Below, in pieces: positions 30,280 to 40,444 of a stretch of DNA of 64,000 bases (the stretch's first letter is position 1; every line of letters starts with the position of its first letter). Below the pieces are notes generated by a model. That model was given only the letters and a program-made list of their open reading frames with translations, was not told where the DNA came from and did no database searches. This DNA is from Flavobacterium sp. (GTDB taxonomy: Bacteria > Bacteroidota > Bacteroidia > Flavobacteriales > Flavobacteriaceae). The stretch spans positions 8,988 to 72,987 of the forward strand of contig NZ_JAIXRZ010000003.1 of NCBI RefSeq assembly GCF_027484945.1, written 5' to 3'. Both the position numbers and the translations under genes were made by a program.

Positions 30280-31026
30280 ATGCTAGTACTGCGCTATCTT
30301 GCTCACATCGGTCGCTATTTTTTAATGATTCGAGAGGTATTCGTAAAACCTACCAAATGGTCGGTAATGAAGGGTTTAATCTACAAAGAAATTGACGACC
30401 TCGTTATTGATTCGTTGGGAATTGTTTGTTTTATTTCGTTTTTTGTGGGCGGAGTGGTTTCTATTCAAACAGCATTAAATTTAACCAATCCATTAATCCC
30501 CAAATACCTTATTGGTTTTGCAACCCGTCAATCGGTAATATTAGAATTTGCCCCTACCTTTATTTCGATCATTATGGCCGGTAAAATGGGCTCTTTCATC
30601 ACGTCTAGTATAGGAACCATGCGGGTTACCGAACAAATTGACGCTTTGGAAGTTATGGGTGTTAATTCTTTAAATTATTTGGTTTTTCCAAAAATGACAG
30701 CACTACTCTTATATCCTTTTGTAATCGGCATTTCGATGTTTTTAGGAATTTTAGGAGGGTGGCTGGGTGGCGTTTATGGAGGATTTACTACTAGTGCGCA
30801 ATTCATTCAAGGGATACAGACCGAATTTATTCCGTTTCACATTGCTTATGCGTTTATAAAAACCATCATGTATGCCTTTCTATTGGCAACGATTCCCTCC
30901 TACCACGGTTATTACATGAAAGGAGGCGCTCTTGAAGTAGGTAAAGCAAGTACGGTTTCGTTTGTTTGGACAGCGGTTGTGATCATATTAACCAATTATA
31001 TCTTAACCCAATTACTTTTGGCATGA
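30280..31026 (+). CDS. mlaE: MlaE family ABC permease
   Basis: IGTMRVTEQIDALEVMG, GGALEVG. Confidence 0.88.
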   Translation: MLVLRYLAHIGRYFLMIREVFVKPTKWSVMKGLIYKEIDDLVIDSLGIVCFISFFVGGVVSIQTALNLTNPLIPKYLIGFATRQSVILEFAPTFISIIMAGKMGSFITSSIGTMRVTEQIDALEVMGVNSLNYLVFPKMTALLLYPFVIGISMFLGILGGWLGGVYGGFTTSAQFIQGIQTEFIPFHIAYAFIKTIMYAFLLATIPSYHGYYMKGGALEVGKASTVSFVWTAVVIILTNYILTQLLLA

Positions 31027-31781
31027 TCGAAGTTAAAGCGCTTGAAAAATCATTTGGAGGGGTCAATGTTTTAAAGGGAATTTCTACCTTATTTGAAACC
31101 GGAAAAACCAATTTAATCATCGGACAAAGTGGATCGGGAAAAACGGTGCTTTTAAAGTCACTCTTAGGTATACATAGTCCCGAAAAAGGAATTATTTCTT
31201 TTGACGGCCGTATATTATCTTCCATGAATACCGATGAACGTCGCGAACTTCGCACCGAAATTGGCATGGTATTTCAAGGTAGCGCACTATTTGACAGTAT
31301 GACTGTTGAAGAAAATGTGGCATTCCCCTTAAAAATGTTTACTAACCAATCGATTGCCGAAATCAATGAACGGGTTGACTTTGTAATTAATCGGGTTAAC
31401 CTTGTCAATGCGCATCATAAAAAACCCTCCGAATTATCGGGAGGCATGCAAAAAAGAGTAGCCATTGCGCGCGCGATTGTGAACAATCCAAGATACCTTT
31501 TTTGTGACGAACCCAATTCAGGTTTAGATCCAAAGACCGCAATTGTCATTGATAATTTGATTCATGAAATCACCGTTGAATACAATATTACTACGGTTAT
31601 TAATACCCACGATATGAATTCGGTGATGGAAATCGGCGATAAAATTGTCTTTCTTAAAGAAGGTGTTTTAGCCTGGGAGGGAACCAAAAATGATATTTTC
31701 AAAACAGATAACGAAGCCGTTACCGATTTCGTCTATTCATCCAATTTGTTTAAAAAAATACGTCAAGCACAAAATGGTTAA
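31023..31781 (+). CDS. mlaF: MlaF-like ABC ATPase
   Basis: GQSGSGKT, LSGGMQKR, DEPNSGLDP; ATGA overlap with mlaE. Confidence 0.85.
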   Translation: MIEVKALEKSFGGVNVLKGISTLFETGKTNLIIGQSGSGKTVLLKSLLGIHSPEKGIISFDGRILSSMNTDERRELRTEIGMVFQGSALFDSMTVEENVAFPLKMFTNQSIAEINERVDFVINRVNLVNAHHKKPSELSGGMQKRVAIARAIVNNPRYLFCDEPNSGLDPKTAIVIDNLIHEITVEYNITTVINTHDMNSVMEIGDKIVFLKEGVLAWEGTKNDIFKTDNEAVTDFVYSSNLFKKIRQAQNG

Positions 31782-31787
31782 AAAAAA

Positions 31788-32849
31788 TTACAAGGAATTG
31801 GCCAATGCAGTGATTCGTTTAATGTCTTGTTCTTTTCCTTTGGGATAAATTAACAATACATCTCCCTTATCTACAATTATAAAATCATCAAGACCATCCA
31901 CAATTACTAATTTTTTACCTTCGGAACGAATAATATTATTGGATGCGTTTTCTAAAATTACTGTCGCATTAATAACCGCATTGTTTTGGGCATCTTTATC
32001 TAATTTTTCATGCAAAGAGCCCCACGTACCCAAATCGTTCCAATCAAATGTAGCAGGCAACACATAAACATTAGCTGCTTTCTCCAAAATAGCATAATCT
32101 ATAGAAATATTTTCTGCTTGGGGATAGTATTCTTGAATAAACGCAACTTCATTAGGACTATTATACACATTTTCTCCCTTTAAAAACAAACGATTGAGTT
32201 CTGGTTGAAACTGATCAAAAGCTGAAGTTATCGCCTGGACACTCCAAATAAAAATACCGCCATTCCACAAAAAATTACCTTGTTCTAAAAAATGTTTTGC
32301 GGTTTCGTAATCGGGTTTTTCGCGAAATTGATTTACTTTTTTTATGGGGGACGAATCTGTTTTATCAAATTCAATGTATCCAAAGCCTGTGTTGGGAAAT
32401 GTTGGTTGTATTCCCAAAGTCAATAAGGCATTTTCTTGTTCACAAAAATCAAAACACTGTTGTAAATTCTGCGTAAATGCAACTTCATCTTCAATCCAAT
32501 GGTCACTTGGGGCAACCACCATTACTGCATTTGGGTTTTTCTTTTTTATTTTTAATGACGCATATAAAATACAGGGAGCGGTATTGCGCATTGCAGGCTC
32601 CAAAACCACTTGATCCGGTTGAACTTGAGGTAATTGTTCCAACACCAAAGCATAATAACGCTCATTGGTTAAGATTAAAATATTTTCTATAGGAATTAAT
32701 TTTGACAACCGGCTAAACGTCTTTTGAATCAACGTTTCTCCCGAACCCAACATATCGTGGAACTGTTTTGGAAACTCCGTGGTACTTACCGGCCAAAAAC
32801 GAGAACCTACACCCCCGGCCATTAAAATTGCGTAATAATTTGAATTCAT
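31788..32849 (-). CDS. manC: Mannose-1-phosphate guanylyltransferase
   Basis: MAGGVGSRFWP.S...PKQF, RNTAP, PSDH, EKP, DLGTW. Confidence 0.9.
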   Translation of the reverse strand: MNSNYYAILMAGGVGSRFWPVSTTEFPKQFHDMLGSGETLIQKTFSRLSKLIPIENILILTNERYYALVLEQLPQVQPDQVVLEPAMRNTAPCILYASLKIKKKNPNAVMVVAPSDHWIEDEVAFTQNLQQCFDFCEQENALLTLGIQPTFPNTGFGYIEFDKTDSSPIKKVNQFREKPDYETAKHFLEQGNFLWNGGIFIWSVQAITSAFDQFQPELNRLFLKGENVYNSPNEVAFIQEYYPQAENISIDYAILEKAANVYVLPATFDWNDLGTWGSLHEKLDKDAQNNAVINATVILENASNNIIRSEGKKLVIVDGLDDFIIVDKGDVLLIYPKGKEQDIKRITALANSL

Positions 32850-32951
32850 GGAAAATTGTATCATCTATGGTTGGACATACCGCAACTACAAATATATTTA
32901 ATCCATTTCAGGATTTGTGTATAAGGGTAAAGAAAAAAGACGTCTTTATCA

Positions 32952-33554
32952 TTAACCGCCGGGTACCATTTCAACCTCAGCATTAGCATTAAACAAAAAC
33001 AGGCGTCCCGATGCCACTTCCATACATATATAACGTTTTACCCGCAACCCTTGTTTTTGAAAAACCCGCCCATTTTTAATGCGAAAATAGGATCCATTGG
33101 GAACTTCATGAACAAAATATACATCTGATTTTCGCGCGTCAAATTGTTTTAATGCATAAGCTAAACGTGCATCTGAATCGCTAGAAGCTGTTGGATTTCG
33201 AAAATGTTGAGCCACCAAAGGCAATACCGAATGCGGAAATATTTCAGGACGAATAAAGGGTACCATTAAGCGCTGAAACGTCATTTTCCATTCAACACCG
33301 TGGGGTTTAATCGTTCGTCCGTAATGCTCAAAAGCTACCAAATGTGCAATTTCATGAACCAGCGTAATTAAAAATCGGTATTGGTTTAAATTGGCATTTA
33401 CTGTAATTTCATGCTTCCCATTCAATGCTCTTCGGTAATCGCCATGACGGGTTTGCCTTTCATTGACAATTTTTAAATGAACATTGTTAGTTTTGATCAA
33501 TTCAAAACAAGGTAAAACCGCGTGTTCAGGGAGATATTTAGCGAGAACTTCCAA
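32952..33554 (-). CDS. SprT-like zinc metalloprotease domain protein
   Basis: HEIAH...PHG.EWK. Confidence 0.82.
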   Translation of the reverse strand: MEVLAKYLPEHAVLPCFELIKTNNVHLKIVNERQTRHGDYRRALNGKHEITVNANLNQYRFLITLVHEIAHLVAFEHYGRTIKPHGVEWKMTFQRLMVPFIRPEIFPHSVLPLVAQHFRNPTASSDSDARLAYALKQFDARKSDVYFVHEVPNGSYFRIKNGRVFQKQGLRVKRYICMEVASGRLFLFNANAEVEMVPGG

Positions 33555-33581
33555 AGCGAATTTTATATTCTAAATGTTAAA

Positions 33582-34259
33582 TCAAGGCGTTGAAGACGAA
33601 ACCTGGATTACTTTTCCATTGTGGTAGCGATTACCATTCAATGTAAAATTATAGATATAATCGGCCATTTCTGCAGCAGTAACGGGTGCTTGATACCCGG
33701 GGAAAGCTTCTTCCAACATCTCTGTCTGCACCGCACCTAAGGCCAATACATTGAAAGCTATCCCGTGCTCTTTGTATTCTTCTGCCAAAAGCTCCGATAG
33801 GGTAATGAGCGCACCTTTGCTCGAACTATAGGCTGCCAATCCTGGAAACTTCATACTCCCTTGAATTCCACCCATCGAACTGATACTCACAACATGACTC
33901 CCCGATGCCATATAAGGCAAGCTAACTTGATTGAGGTGTGCTACTCCAAATAAATTAACCCGATAAACCCGCTCAAAATCATTTAATGTCAACTCCTCAA
34001 AGGGTTTATTCACCAACAAACCAGCATTGTGCACTATACAATCGACCTTTTTCCATGAATCAGCTAAAAAGGCAGTGACCTGATTCATGTCAGCTGCTAC
34101 TTCCAAATCGAACGATAAACAAGTAACCAGCGGATGTTCTATCAATTCTTGAGGAATTTTACGGGATAACGCCAATACATTATGACCGTTCGATGCAAAT
34201 TGTAGTGCCAATTGTAGTCCAATACCTCGCGATGTTCCTGTAACAATGATGTTTTTCAT
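33582..34259 (-). CDS. Short-chain dehydrogenase/reductase
   Basis: TGTSRGIG, NAG, S, YSSSK; start set to ATG 34259. Confidence 0.9.
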   Translation of the reverse strand: MKNIIVTGTSRGIGLQLALQFASNGHNVLALSRKIPQELIEHPLVTCLSFDLEVAADMNQVTAFLADSWKKVDCIVHNAGLLVNKPFEELTLNDFERVYRVNLFGVAHLNQVSLPYMASGSHVVSISSMGGIQGSMKFPGLAAYSSSKGALITLSELLAEEYKEHGIAFNVLALGAVQTEMLEEAFPGYQAPVTAAEMADYIYNFTLNGNRYHNGKVIQVSSSTP

Positions 34260-34284
34260 AGCCAAATACAAAACGATAAAGGTA

Positions 34285-35319
34285 CTAAAATTTAAAAATC
34301 TTTTGGTTATGTTTCCGGTGCAATTGGTATTGTCGAATTCCTTCTTTAAATGAAAGATACCGGTGTCCTTGCCTATGATTGATTTTACTAATTTTAAACA
34401 AATCCATAAAGTGTTTGAACAATGTACACCATGCATACCCTATAGAATGTGCCGGATCATAAATATGCGCGGGTTCGCTCATCGCACCGTTGAGTTCTAC
34501 AATAGCAAAGTTTTCACCTTGTGTTAACGCGTCAATAGTAGAATACATTATATCCAAACGGCCGTAATAAAACCCGTCAATTTGCTGACAAATTTCATCA
34601 ATAGTTTTTGTCAACTGCGGGGTTATCCAAGAACTGGCATCTATAAATTTGGTTCCCCGACAGTGATTGCCAAAAGGAACAATACGCTCAGAGTACCCTT
34701 CAGGTAACACCTCGTGCAATCGCGGTCCCATTTCTTCTTGCAGTACTTCCAACTGCATTGCAGCACGTGGATTTTTACGCAACAACTGTGCGCGTGTGTT
34801 TTTGCCATCACCAATGATTGTGAGAAACTCTTTAGCAACTATACCGGTTATTCTTCCCTTTTTTTCATTTGGATAACGCACATAAAATATTCCAACCTCA
34901 TTAGGATAAGGAATAAGTGCTTGCAATAAATAATCAAATTGGGCCTGCTTATGGTATTGGATGACGGCTGCACTATTTTCTAATTTTTTAACCGCTGCAC
35001 CGCGCAATCCCATATCAGGTTTGGCAATTAACGGAAAATTAAAAGGGCTGTTTTTTAACAACGCTTCCAGCTCTTCGATCGAAAGTGCAGCAGAAACGAA
35101 ACATGTTTTGGGGTAATATTGTTTGGGTATAAGCGCATAGATTTCGGCTTTTGAAACCATAAAAAATCCACCATTTTTCATAGTTGGATTGACTGCATTG
35201 AAAAAAAACAAACTGCGTTCTCTTAACGAAAAATAGATCCACAAAAAAGAAATTGGAAAATAAACCACTTGAAAAGGCCAATATTCCCAATGGGTAAGTT
35301 TGTAAAAAAACAATTTCAT
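34285..35319 (-). CDS. Uncharacterised ATP-grasp ligase (CphA/GshF-like lid; not a canonical Ddl)
   Basis: FPLIAKPD.G.RG.AV, LQ..I, GDG..T...L insert, GNHCRG, RLDI, VELNG. Confidence 0.75.
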   Translation of the reverse strand: MKLFFYKLTHWEYWPFQVVYFPISFLWIYFSLRERSLFFFNAVNPTMKNGGFFMVSKAEIYALIPKQYYPKTCFVSAALSIEELEALLKNSPFNFPLIAKPDMGLRGAAVKKLENSAAVIQYHKQAQFDYLLQALIPYPNEVGIFYVRYPNEKKGRITGIVAKEFLTIIGDGKNTRAQLLRKNPRAAMQLEVLQEEMGPRLHEVLPEGYSERIVPFGNHCRGTKFIDASSWITPQLTKTIDEICQQIDGFYYGRLDIMYSTIDALTQGENFAIVELNGAMSEPAHIYDPAHSIGYAWCTLFKHFMDLFKISKINHRQGHRYLSFKEGIRQYQLHRKHNQKIFKF

Positions 35320-36029
35320 TACTCCGGATTTATGGTATGAACAGACTGGTAATTACTAAGCAAATCAACATGTTTTAGTTGTGCAGAATTGGCATCAATA
35401 ACCAACTGTGTAATACTTATGGTTTTAAGAAAAGTTGATCGTTCCATTACCAATCCATTTTTGGTGTTATTGGGGTGTCTTGTTTGATGAAAACTAAACA
35501 GATCTGCAGCAGTAATGGTTGGCTTTTGCACTAAAAAATCGGCAAACCACTGTTCCCGTTCGGCACGAATTTTAGACGAATACAATGTAGCTGAAGACCA
35601 AATATGGGGTTGATTAACATCTAATGCTACCGTAGACTTATGTTGCCCATCCCAACGCAATTGATGCAAATGTGGATACTCAAAAACAACCAAAGTGAAG
35701 GGTTCGATTTGCGTTAAATCAATTGATTTCCAATGCATTAAAACGGAATCCGACTCGCTTAATAATTCTAAAACAATGAGCCCTCTACTTTTTCGATAAA
35801 AAGGTTCAATCGCATGTTTTTTTTCAGCACCGTTAAGTAAAACTACCGTCGCAAGTGCAGAAGAAACGGCAAACCAAGTTCCACCTGCCTTAGGATCACT
35901 AGGATACCAAATGGTTTTATTTTGATGCACATACGGTTGAGGCGGATGTGCTGCACGTTCGGTTAATTCATCACGATTAGAAGTAAGTATCCATTGTCCA
36001 TTAGACGGAACTATGCTTACTGTGCACAT
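35319..36029 (-). CDS. NRDE/TANGO2 family protein
   Basis: MCT N-terminus, SNRDE, GGTW, SRG; TAATG coupling to next gene. Confidence 0.88.
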   Translation of the reverse strand: MCTVSIVPSNGQWILTSNRDELTERAAHPPQPYVHQNKTIWYPSDPKAGGTWFAVSSALATVVLLNGAEKKHAIEPFYRKSRGLIVLELLSESDSVLMHWKSIDLTQIEPFTLVVFEYPHLHQLRWDGQHKSTVALDVNQPHIWSSATLYSSKIRAEREQWFADFLVQKPTITAADLFSFHQTRHPNNTKNGLVMERSTFLKTISITQLVIDANSAQLKHVDLLSNYQSVHTINPE

Positions 36030-36508
36030 TGGGTTCTATAGGCTAAAGTTGACTTTGCTACCCCAAAATTTTCATCAACCTTAACGGTAGCATTTCGTAA
36101 GGCTACTTTTATTAATGCTTGATGATGAACACAATGATCTAGAGTAAAAACTAATTCTCTATAGTAAGTTGTATCTAACGCTACTAATTGATCATCAAAA
36201 TCATGCTGCAATTTTAACGGCTTGTTTGGCTTATTCGATTGAATCAAAATCAATTCAAGCATTTCAATGGCTTTGGCTGTTTTGGTTTGAATTACCAAAT
36301 CACGAGCACGTTGATCATAATTAATAATTCCCGAATGATATTGGGTCAATAAACATTGAAACAACTCGATACTATGCCGTGTATGCTCTCCAATTGTTGC
36401 GTTAGACAATTCTAAGCAAGGTGTATTATACACTTCATCTGGTAATTGTTGCAACAATTCGATTAGCGCACCAAGGGTTGATTGAAGCGATTTTGCTAGC
36501 ATGTGCAC
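36017..36508 (-). CDS. DinB/YfiT-like metalloprotein
   Basis: IGEHTRH, YD.R.R, RE..F..DHCVHH.A, FGVA.ST. Confidence 0.8.
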   Translation of the reverse strand: MHMLAKSLQSTLGALIELLQQLPDEVYNTPCLELSNATIGEHTRHSIELFQCLLTQYHSGIINYDQRARDLVIQTKTAKAIEMLELILIQSNKPNKPLKLQHDFDDQLVALDTTYYRELVFTLDHCVHHQALIKVALRNATVKVDENFGVAKSTLAYRTQCAQ

Positions 36509-36516
36509 TATTGAAA

Positions 36517-36915
36517 TTATAGTTTTAAACGAAGTAAATTAGGAATTCCAGATTTATTTTGATACACTAAAATCGCACAACAAGTAAACGTAATTACGGC
36601 CATAGAAAACAGCAAACCTCCATCATTAAATCCTTCATATTGAATTACTACTCCCAATACAAACAAGTGGGAAAAAATGGCCCCGGCCATTGTTCCTAGT
36701 CCCATCAATGCACCTAACAAAGTGGTTCTTGGAATTAAAATTAATACCGAAGCAATTAGCTCACCAACTCCAGATCCAATGCGTCCATAGGGTTCTATTC
36801 CTAGTTTTGAGAAAATATAAACACTTTCAGAAGCTCCTGTAAATTTAAAAAAAAGGGTTTGCACTAAAATAACTACTGCGGTCAATTTGATTACCCAAGT
36901 AACGATATTTTTCAT
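36517..36915 (-). CDS. DoxX family membrane protein
   Basis: QTLFFKF, EPYGRIGSG, GAIFSHL, DGG; 4 TM. Confidence 0.82.
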   Translation of the reverse strand: MKNIVTWVIKLTAVVILVQTLFFKFTGASESVYIFSKLGIEPYGRIGSGVGELIASVLILIPRTTLLGALMGLGTMAGAIFSHLFVLGVVIQYEGFNDGGLLFSMAVITFTCCAILVYQNKSGIPNLLRLKL

Positions 36916-37043
36916 AAAAAGTTTGGTTAAAGTTGATCAATGATTGTTTAAATTCGATTTCAAATTTAACATTTTTTTTGAAATGTTTTATACCAAAATA
37001 AACTTCATATTATTTTGACACAACATCAACTTAAACGGTATTT

Positions 37044-37898
37044 TTAGCCCAATTCAAGGGTAGTAATTCCAAAAATTTTATGAATAGGGAGTACGGGGGG
37101 TTGCCCATAATACATCCGACCGCATTCAAACATAGGTTGCGTTTGATACTTTTGGGTTAATACAATTGCCAACGGATTACTAAGCGGAATATCAATATAT
37201 ACTTTCGCGCCAACTACAGTACTTAAACACCGTTCATATAAGGCTTCCGCCACTTCCAAAGTTTCTGCAAACAAAGGACCTATCTTATACCCTTCCATTA
37301 CTTTTCGTATGACAACAAAACCTTGCAAACCATTTTCATCAGTATATTTGAACGCTTGTCCTGTGGACTGAAATAGCCAATTTTCTATAAATGAACTCCG
37401 ATCAAATCCAAAACATTCCAGATCCAGTTCCATGACTTTAGAGACATCTTCTTTTGCAATCAATGAAATAGCAGGATTGTTGGGAAATGTTTTTCCTAAA
37501 TTTTCATGGCGTTCGTCAGTAAAAGCAAACTCAAATCCCCCTTTTTGATAAAACGGTTGCATCGCAACTACTCCATCCATTCCAATGGCGGCATTGGGTT
37601 TCAATCGTTTCAAAAGAGCATTTTTACGAAGCTCCCATAACACTTGTCCAACGCCTTGGTTTCGGTATTCGGGTTTCATAATAAACAACCCCATGAATCC
37701 AAAAGCACCAGAATAAGAGACTAAAGAACCACCGCCAATCAGTAAATCGTTTAAAAAATAGCCGTAAAAACCATCGGGATCTGCGCAATAAAATAATTCC
37801 GCATCCTGAAGTCCTGGGTTCCATCCTTCTTTTTCAGCCCAAGAAACCAATTCGCGCACTTGGTCCAAAGACAATTTCCGAAAATCATATACGCTCAT
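37044..37898 (-). CDS. Tandem-domain GNAT acetyltransferase (YitH-like)
   Basis: EGWNPG, PEYRNQGVG motif A, Y.K.GF, KIGPL; start ATG 37898. Confidence 0.82.
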   Translation of the reverse strand: MSVYDFRKLSLDQVRELVSWAEKEGWNPGLQDAELFYCADPDGFYGYFLNDLLIGGGSLVSYSGAFGFMGLFIMKPEYRNQGVGQVLWELRKNALLKRLKPNAAIGMDGVVAMQPFYQKGGFEFAFTDERHENLGKTFPNNPAISLIAKEDVSKVMELDLECFGFDRSSFIENWLFQSTGQAFKYTDENGLQGFVVIRKVMEGYKIGPLFAETLEVAEALYERCLSTVVGAKVYIDIPLSNPLAIVLTQKYQTQPMFECGRMYYGQPPVLPIHKIFGITTLELG

Positions 37899-37912
37899 TG
37901 TAATTCTATTCG

Positions 37913-39208
37913 TTAGTGTGAGACGAATAACGCTTGTAGTGCAGTGGTCATCATTTGAATTGATTGGGGTAATGATTCTTGGTAATCGGGAGCAAAATTT
38001 GGGGAATGTAAGGAGGGAAATTTTTGGTTTTGAGCCGTGTATTTTTGTTGTGATGCAGGCGTTAAAGTACCCATCCATAATAAGTAAGAGGGGATATTGG
38101 GATCGGTACGATACATTCCAAAATCTTCACCAATCATGACAGGATCTACCGAAACAATTGCTTTTTCACCATATTTTTTCTTTAACGATGCCGCTACTCG
38201 TTTTCCCATTTGGCTATCATTAAATACGGGACCAATAGACATATCTAGTAGTTGGTATTCGGGCCAAAGACTTTGGGGCAAACCTGCAGCAGTCGCTAAC
38301 CCATCACCAATAGTTTTAAGTCGGTCGAGTATTAACTGTCGTGCTTGGGGTGAAAAACTCCGAATGGTTAACTTTAATTCAACCTGATTGGGAATTACAT
38401 TTCCAATAGTCCCACCATGAATCGCACCAACAGTAACTACAGCAGCTTCAATTGGGGGTAAATTACGACTTACGATGGTTTGAATTTCAGTTACAAATTG
38501 GGCTGCCAAAATAATAGGGTCTATTGTATTTTGTGGCACAGCACCATGCCCTCCTTTGCCATGAATAATGATATTCATCATATCTACAGCAGCCATAGCA
38601 TATCCGTCACAAAATCCAACTTGTCCTACAGCAAGATCGGCATTATTGTGCATTGCAATTTGATAATTGGGCTGGGGTAATTGATTAAAGTTCGGTTGTG
38701 CAATGGCTTTTTTTGCGCCCTGCCCTATCTCTTCGGCTGACTGCGCCAATAGCACCAACGTTCCCTTCCATTCTTTTGGATGATGGGCAAAATAATCGGC
38801 TACCGCTAACCATGTCACCATGTGTACATCGTGACCACAGGCATGCATAACCGGTACATCTACGCCATCTTTATTGGCCACCACTGAACTCGAAAAAGGC
38901 AGTTGGGTTTGTTCTTTTACCGGTAACGCATCCATATCGGTACGGTACATTATCGTGGGCCCTTTCCCATTTTTTAAAACGGCGGCAAAACTATAAAAAC
39001 CCAAAGAATCTGTTATTTGATACCCCCATTCTTGTAGGCATTTACGCAAAAAAGTGGCCGTGTTTTTCTCTTGGCCACTCAATTCGGGTTGTGCATGTAA
39101 CTTTTCGTAAATAGCAAGGTATTCTGCTATAGTTTTCCCTGAGTTATTTTGGGCTAAAAGGTAAAATGGCAGTATTAGTACTATAAAAACTAAGGCCTTC
39201 TTCACCAC
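37913..39208 (-). CDS. M20D family amidohydrolase with signal peptide
   Basis: PELSGQE, DMDALP, MHACGHD, AEE, GEDF, LHSP. Confidence 0.88.
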   Translation of the reverse strand: MVKKALVFIVLILPFYLLAQNNSGKTIAEYLAIYEKLHAQPELSGQEKNTATFLRKCLQEWGYQITDSLGFYSFAAVLKNGKGPTIMYRTDMDALPVKEQTQLPFSSSVVANKDGVDVPVMHACGHDVHMVTWLAVADYFAHHPKEWKGTLVLLAQSAEEIGQGAKKAIAQPNFNQLPQPNYQIAMHNNADLAVGQVGFCDGYAMAAVDMMNIIIHGKGGHGAVPQNTIDPIILAAQFVTEIQTIVSRNLPPIEAAVVTVGAIHGGTIGNVIPNQVELKLTIRSFSPQARQLILDRLKTIGDGLATAAGLPQSLWPEYQLLDMSIGPVFNDSQMGKRVAASLKKKYGEKAIVSVDPVMIGEDFGMYRTDPNIPSYLLWMGTLTPASQQKYTAQNQKFPSLHSPNFAPDYQESLPQSIQMMTTALQALFVSH

Positions 39209-39210
39209 TT

Positions 39211-40350
39211 TTAGCTTATTAATCCACGTGAAATCACTATACGTTGAATTTCAGAGGTCCCTTCATAAATTTGCGTAATCTTCGAATCACGCATCATACG
39301 CTCCACATGATATTCGGCTACATAACCGTTACCTCCATGAATTTGAACGGCTTCATTAGCAACTTCTAATGCTACTTCTGAAGCGTATAATTTAGCCATC
39401 GCTCCGCTATGAGCGATATCTTTTCCTTCATCTTTTTCAACAGCGGCTTTCATCACTAGTAATTTGGCTGCAGTAGTTTTCACATACATATCGGCCAATT
39501 TGAATGCAATTGCTTGATGTTTAAAAATTTCTTTTCCAAACGCTTTACGCTCTTGCGCATACTTTAACGCTAATTCATAAGCGCCATATGCAATACCTAA
39601 AGCTTGAGAAGCAATACCAATTCGTCCTCCATTTAAAACATTCATTGCAAACGAGAATCCGAAGCCATCTTCACCAATTCGATTGGCTTTTGGCACTTTA
39701 ACATCGGTAAACATTAACGAATGGGTGTCAGATCCACGGATTCCCATTTTCTTCTCTTTAGGTCCGATTTCAAAACCTTCCCAACCCCGTTCAACAATAA
39801 AGGCATTGATTCCTTTATGTCCTTTTTCTGCATCGGTTTGCGCCATTACCAGATAGGTTGAAGCGGTTGAACCATTGGTTATCCAATTTTTAGTTCCGTT
39901 TAACAAATAATAATCTCCCTTATCAATAGCTGTAGTTTTTTGCGATGTCGCATCGGATCCTGCTTCGGGTTCTGACAAACAAAATGCACCAATCACTTCA
40001 CCTTTAGCAAGCGGAACCAAATACTTCATTTTTTGTTCTTCACTACAATATTTCTCCATTCCTGCACAAACAAGAGAATTGTTTACCGACATAATTACGG
40101 CTGCCGAAGCATCAATTTTGGCGATTTCTGTCATTGCCAAAACATAAGAAACGCTATCCAATCCTGCACCTCCGTATTTTGGGTCGACCATCATTCCCAT
40201 AAAACCCAATTCACCCATCAATTTAACTTGTTCGGTAGGAAACTTCGAATGTTCGTCGCGTTCAATTACGCCGGGCAATAATTCATTTTGAGCAAAATCG
40301 CGCGCCGCCTGTTGAATCATTAAATGCTCTTCGGTAAGATTAAAATCCAT
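39211..40350 (-). CDS. Acyl-CoA dehydrogenase (short/branched chain)
   Basis: FCLSEPEAGSD, NGTKNWIT, QIHGG.GY, IYEGTSEIQR. Confidence 0.93.
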   Translation of the reverse strand: MDFNLTEEHLMIQQAARDFAQNELLPGVIERDEHSKFPTEQVKLMGELGFMGMMVDPKYGGAGLDSVSYVLAMTEIAKIDASAAVIMSVNNSLVCAGMEKYCSEEQKMKYLVPLAKGEVIGAFCLSEPEAGSDATSQKTTAIDKGDYYLLNGTKNWITNGSTASTYLVMAQTDAEKGHKGINAFIVERGWEGFEIGPKEKKMGIRGSDTHSLMFTDVKVPKANRIGEDGFGFSFAMNVLNGGRIGIASQALGIAYGAYELALKYAQERKAFGKEIFKHQAIAFKLADMYVKTTAAKLLVMKAAVEKDEGKDIAHSGAMAKLYASEVALEVANEAVQIHGGNGYVAEYHVERMMRDSKITQIYEGTSEIQRIVISRGLIS

Positions 40351-40444
40351 AAAAATCGTGTTTGTTAAATCGTAAATTTTAATTTTGGTGTTCAAATGTA
40401 TAATATAAAAAGCGAAACTTCAAACGTTTTCGTAATTTTAGAAA

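Noticed and set aside
33582-34436. Long gene overlaps implied by ORF-track starts (SDR, GNAT, PstS-like, GDH, globin, mlaF)
   Set aside because: Downstream ATG/GTG starts give family-typical N-termini and remove the overlaps.
34285-35319. D-alanine--D-alanine ligase
   Set aside because: Lacks Ddl GG.S.E and HG..GEDG motifs; only the generic ATP-grasp core is present.
36944-36951. TTGTTTAA half-site linking the doxX operon to the photolyase operator
   Set aside because: Single AT-rich 8-mer without a matching partner; expected by chance in this genome.
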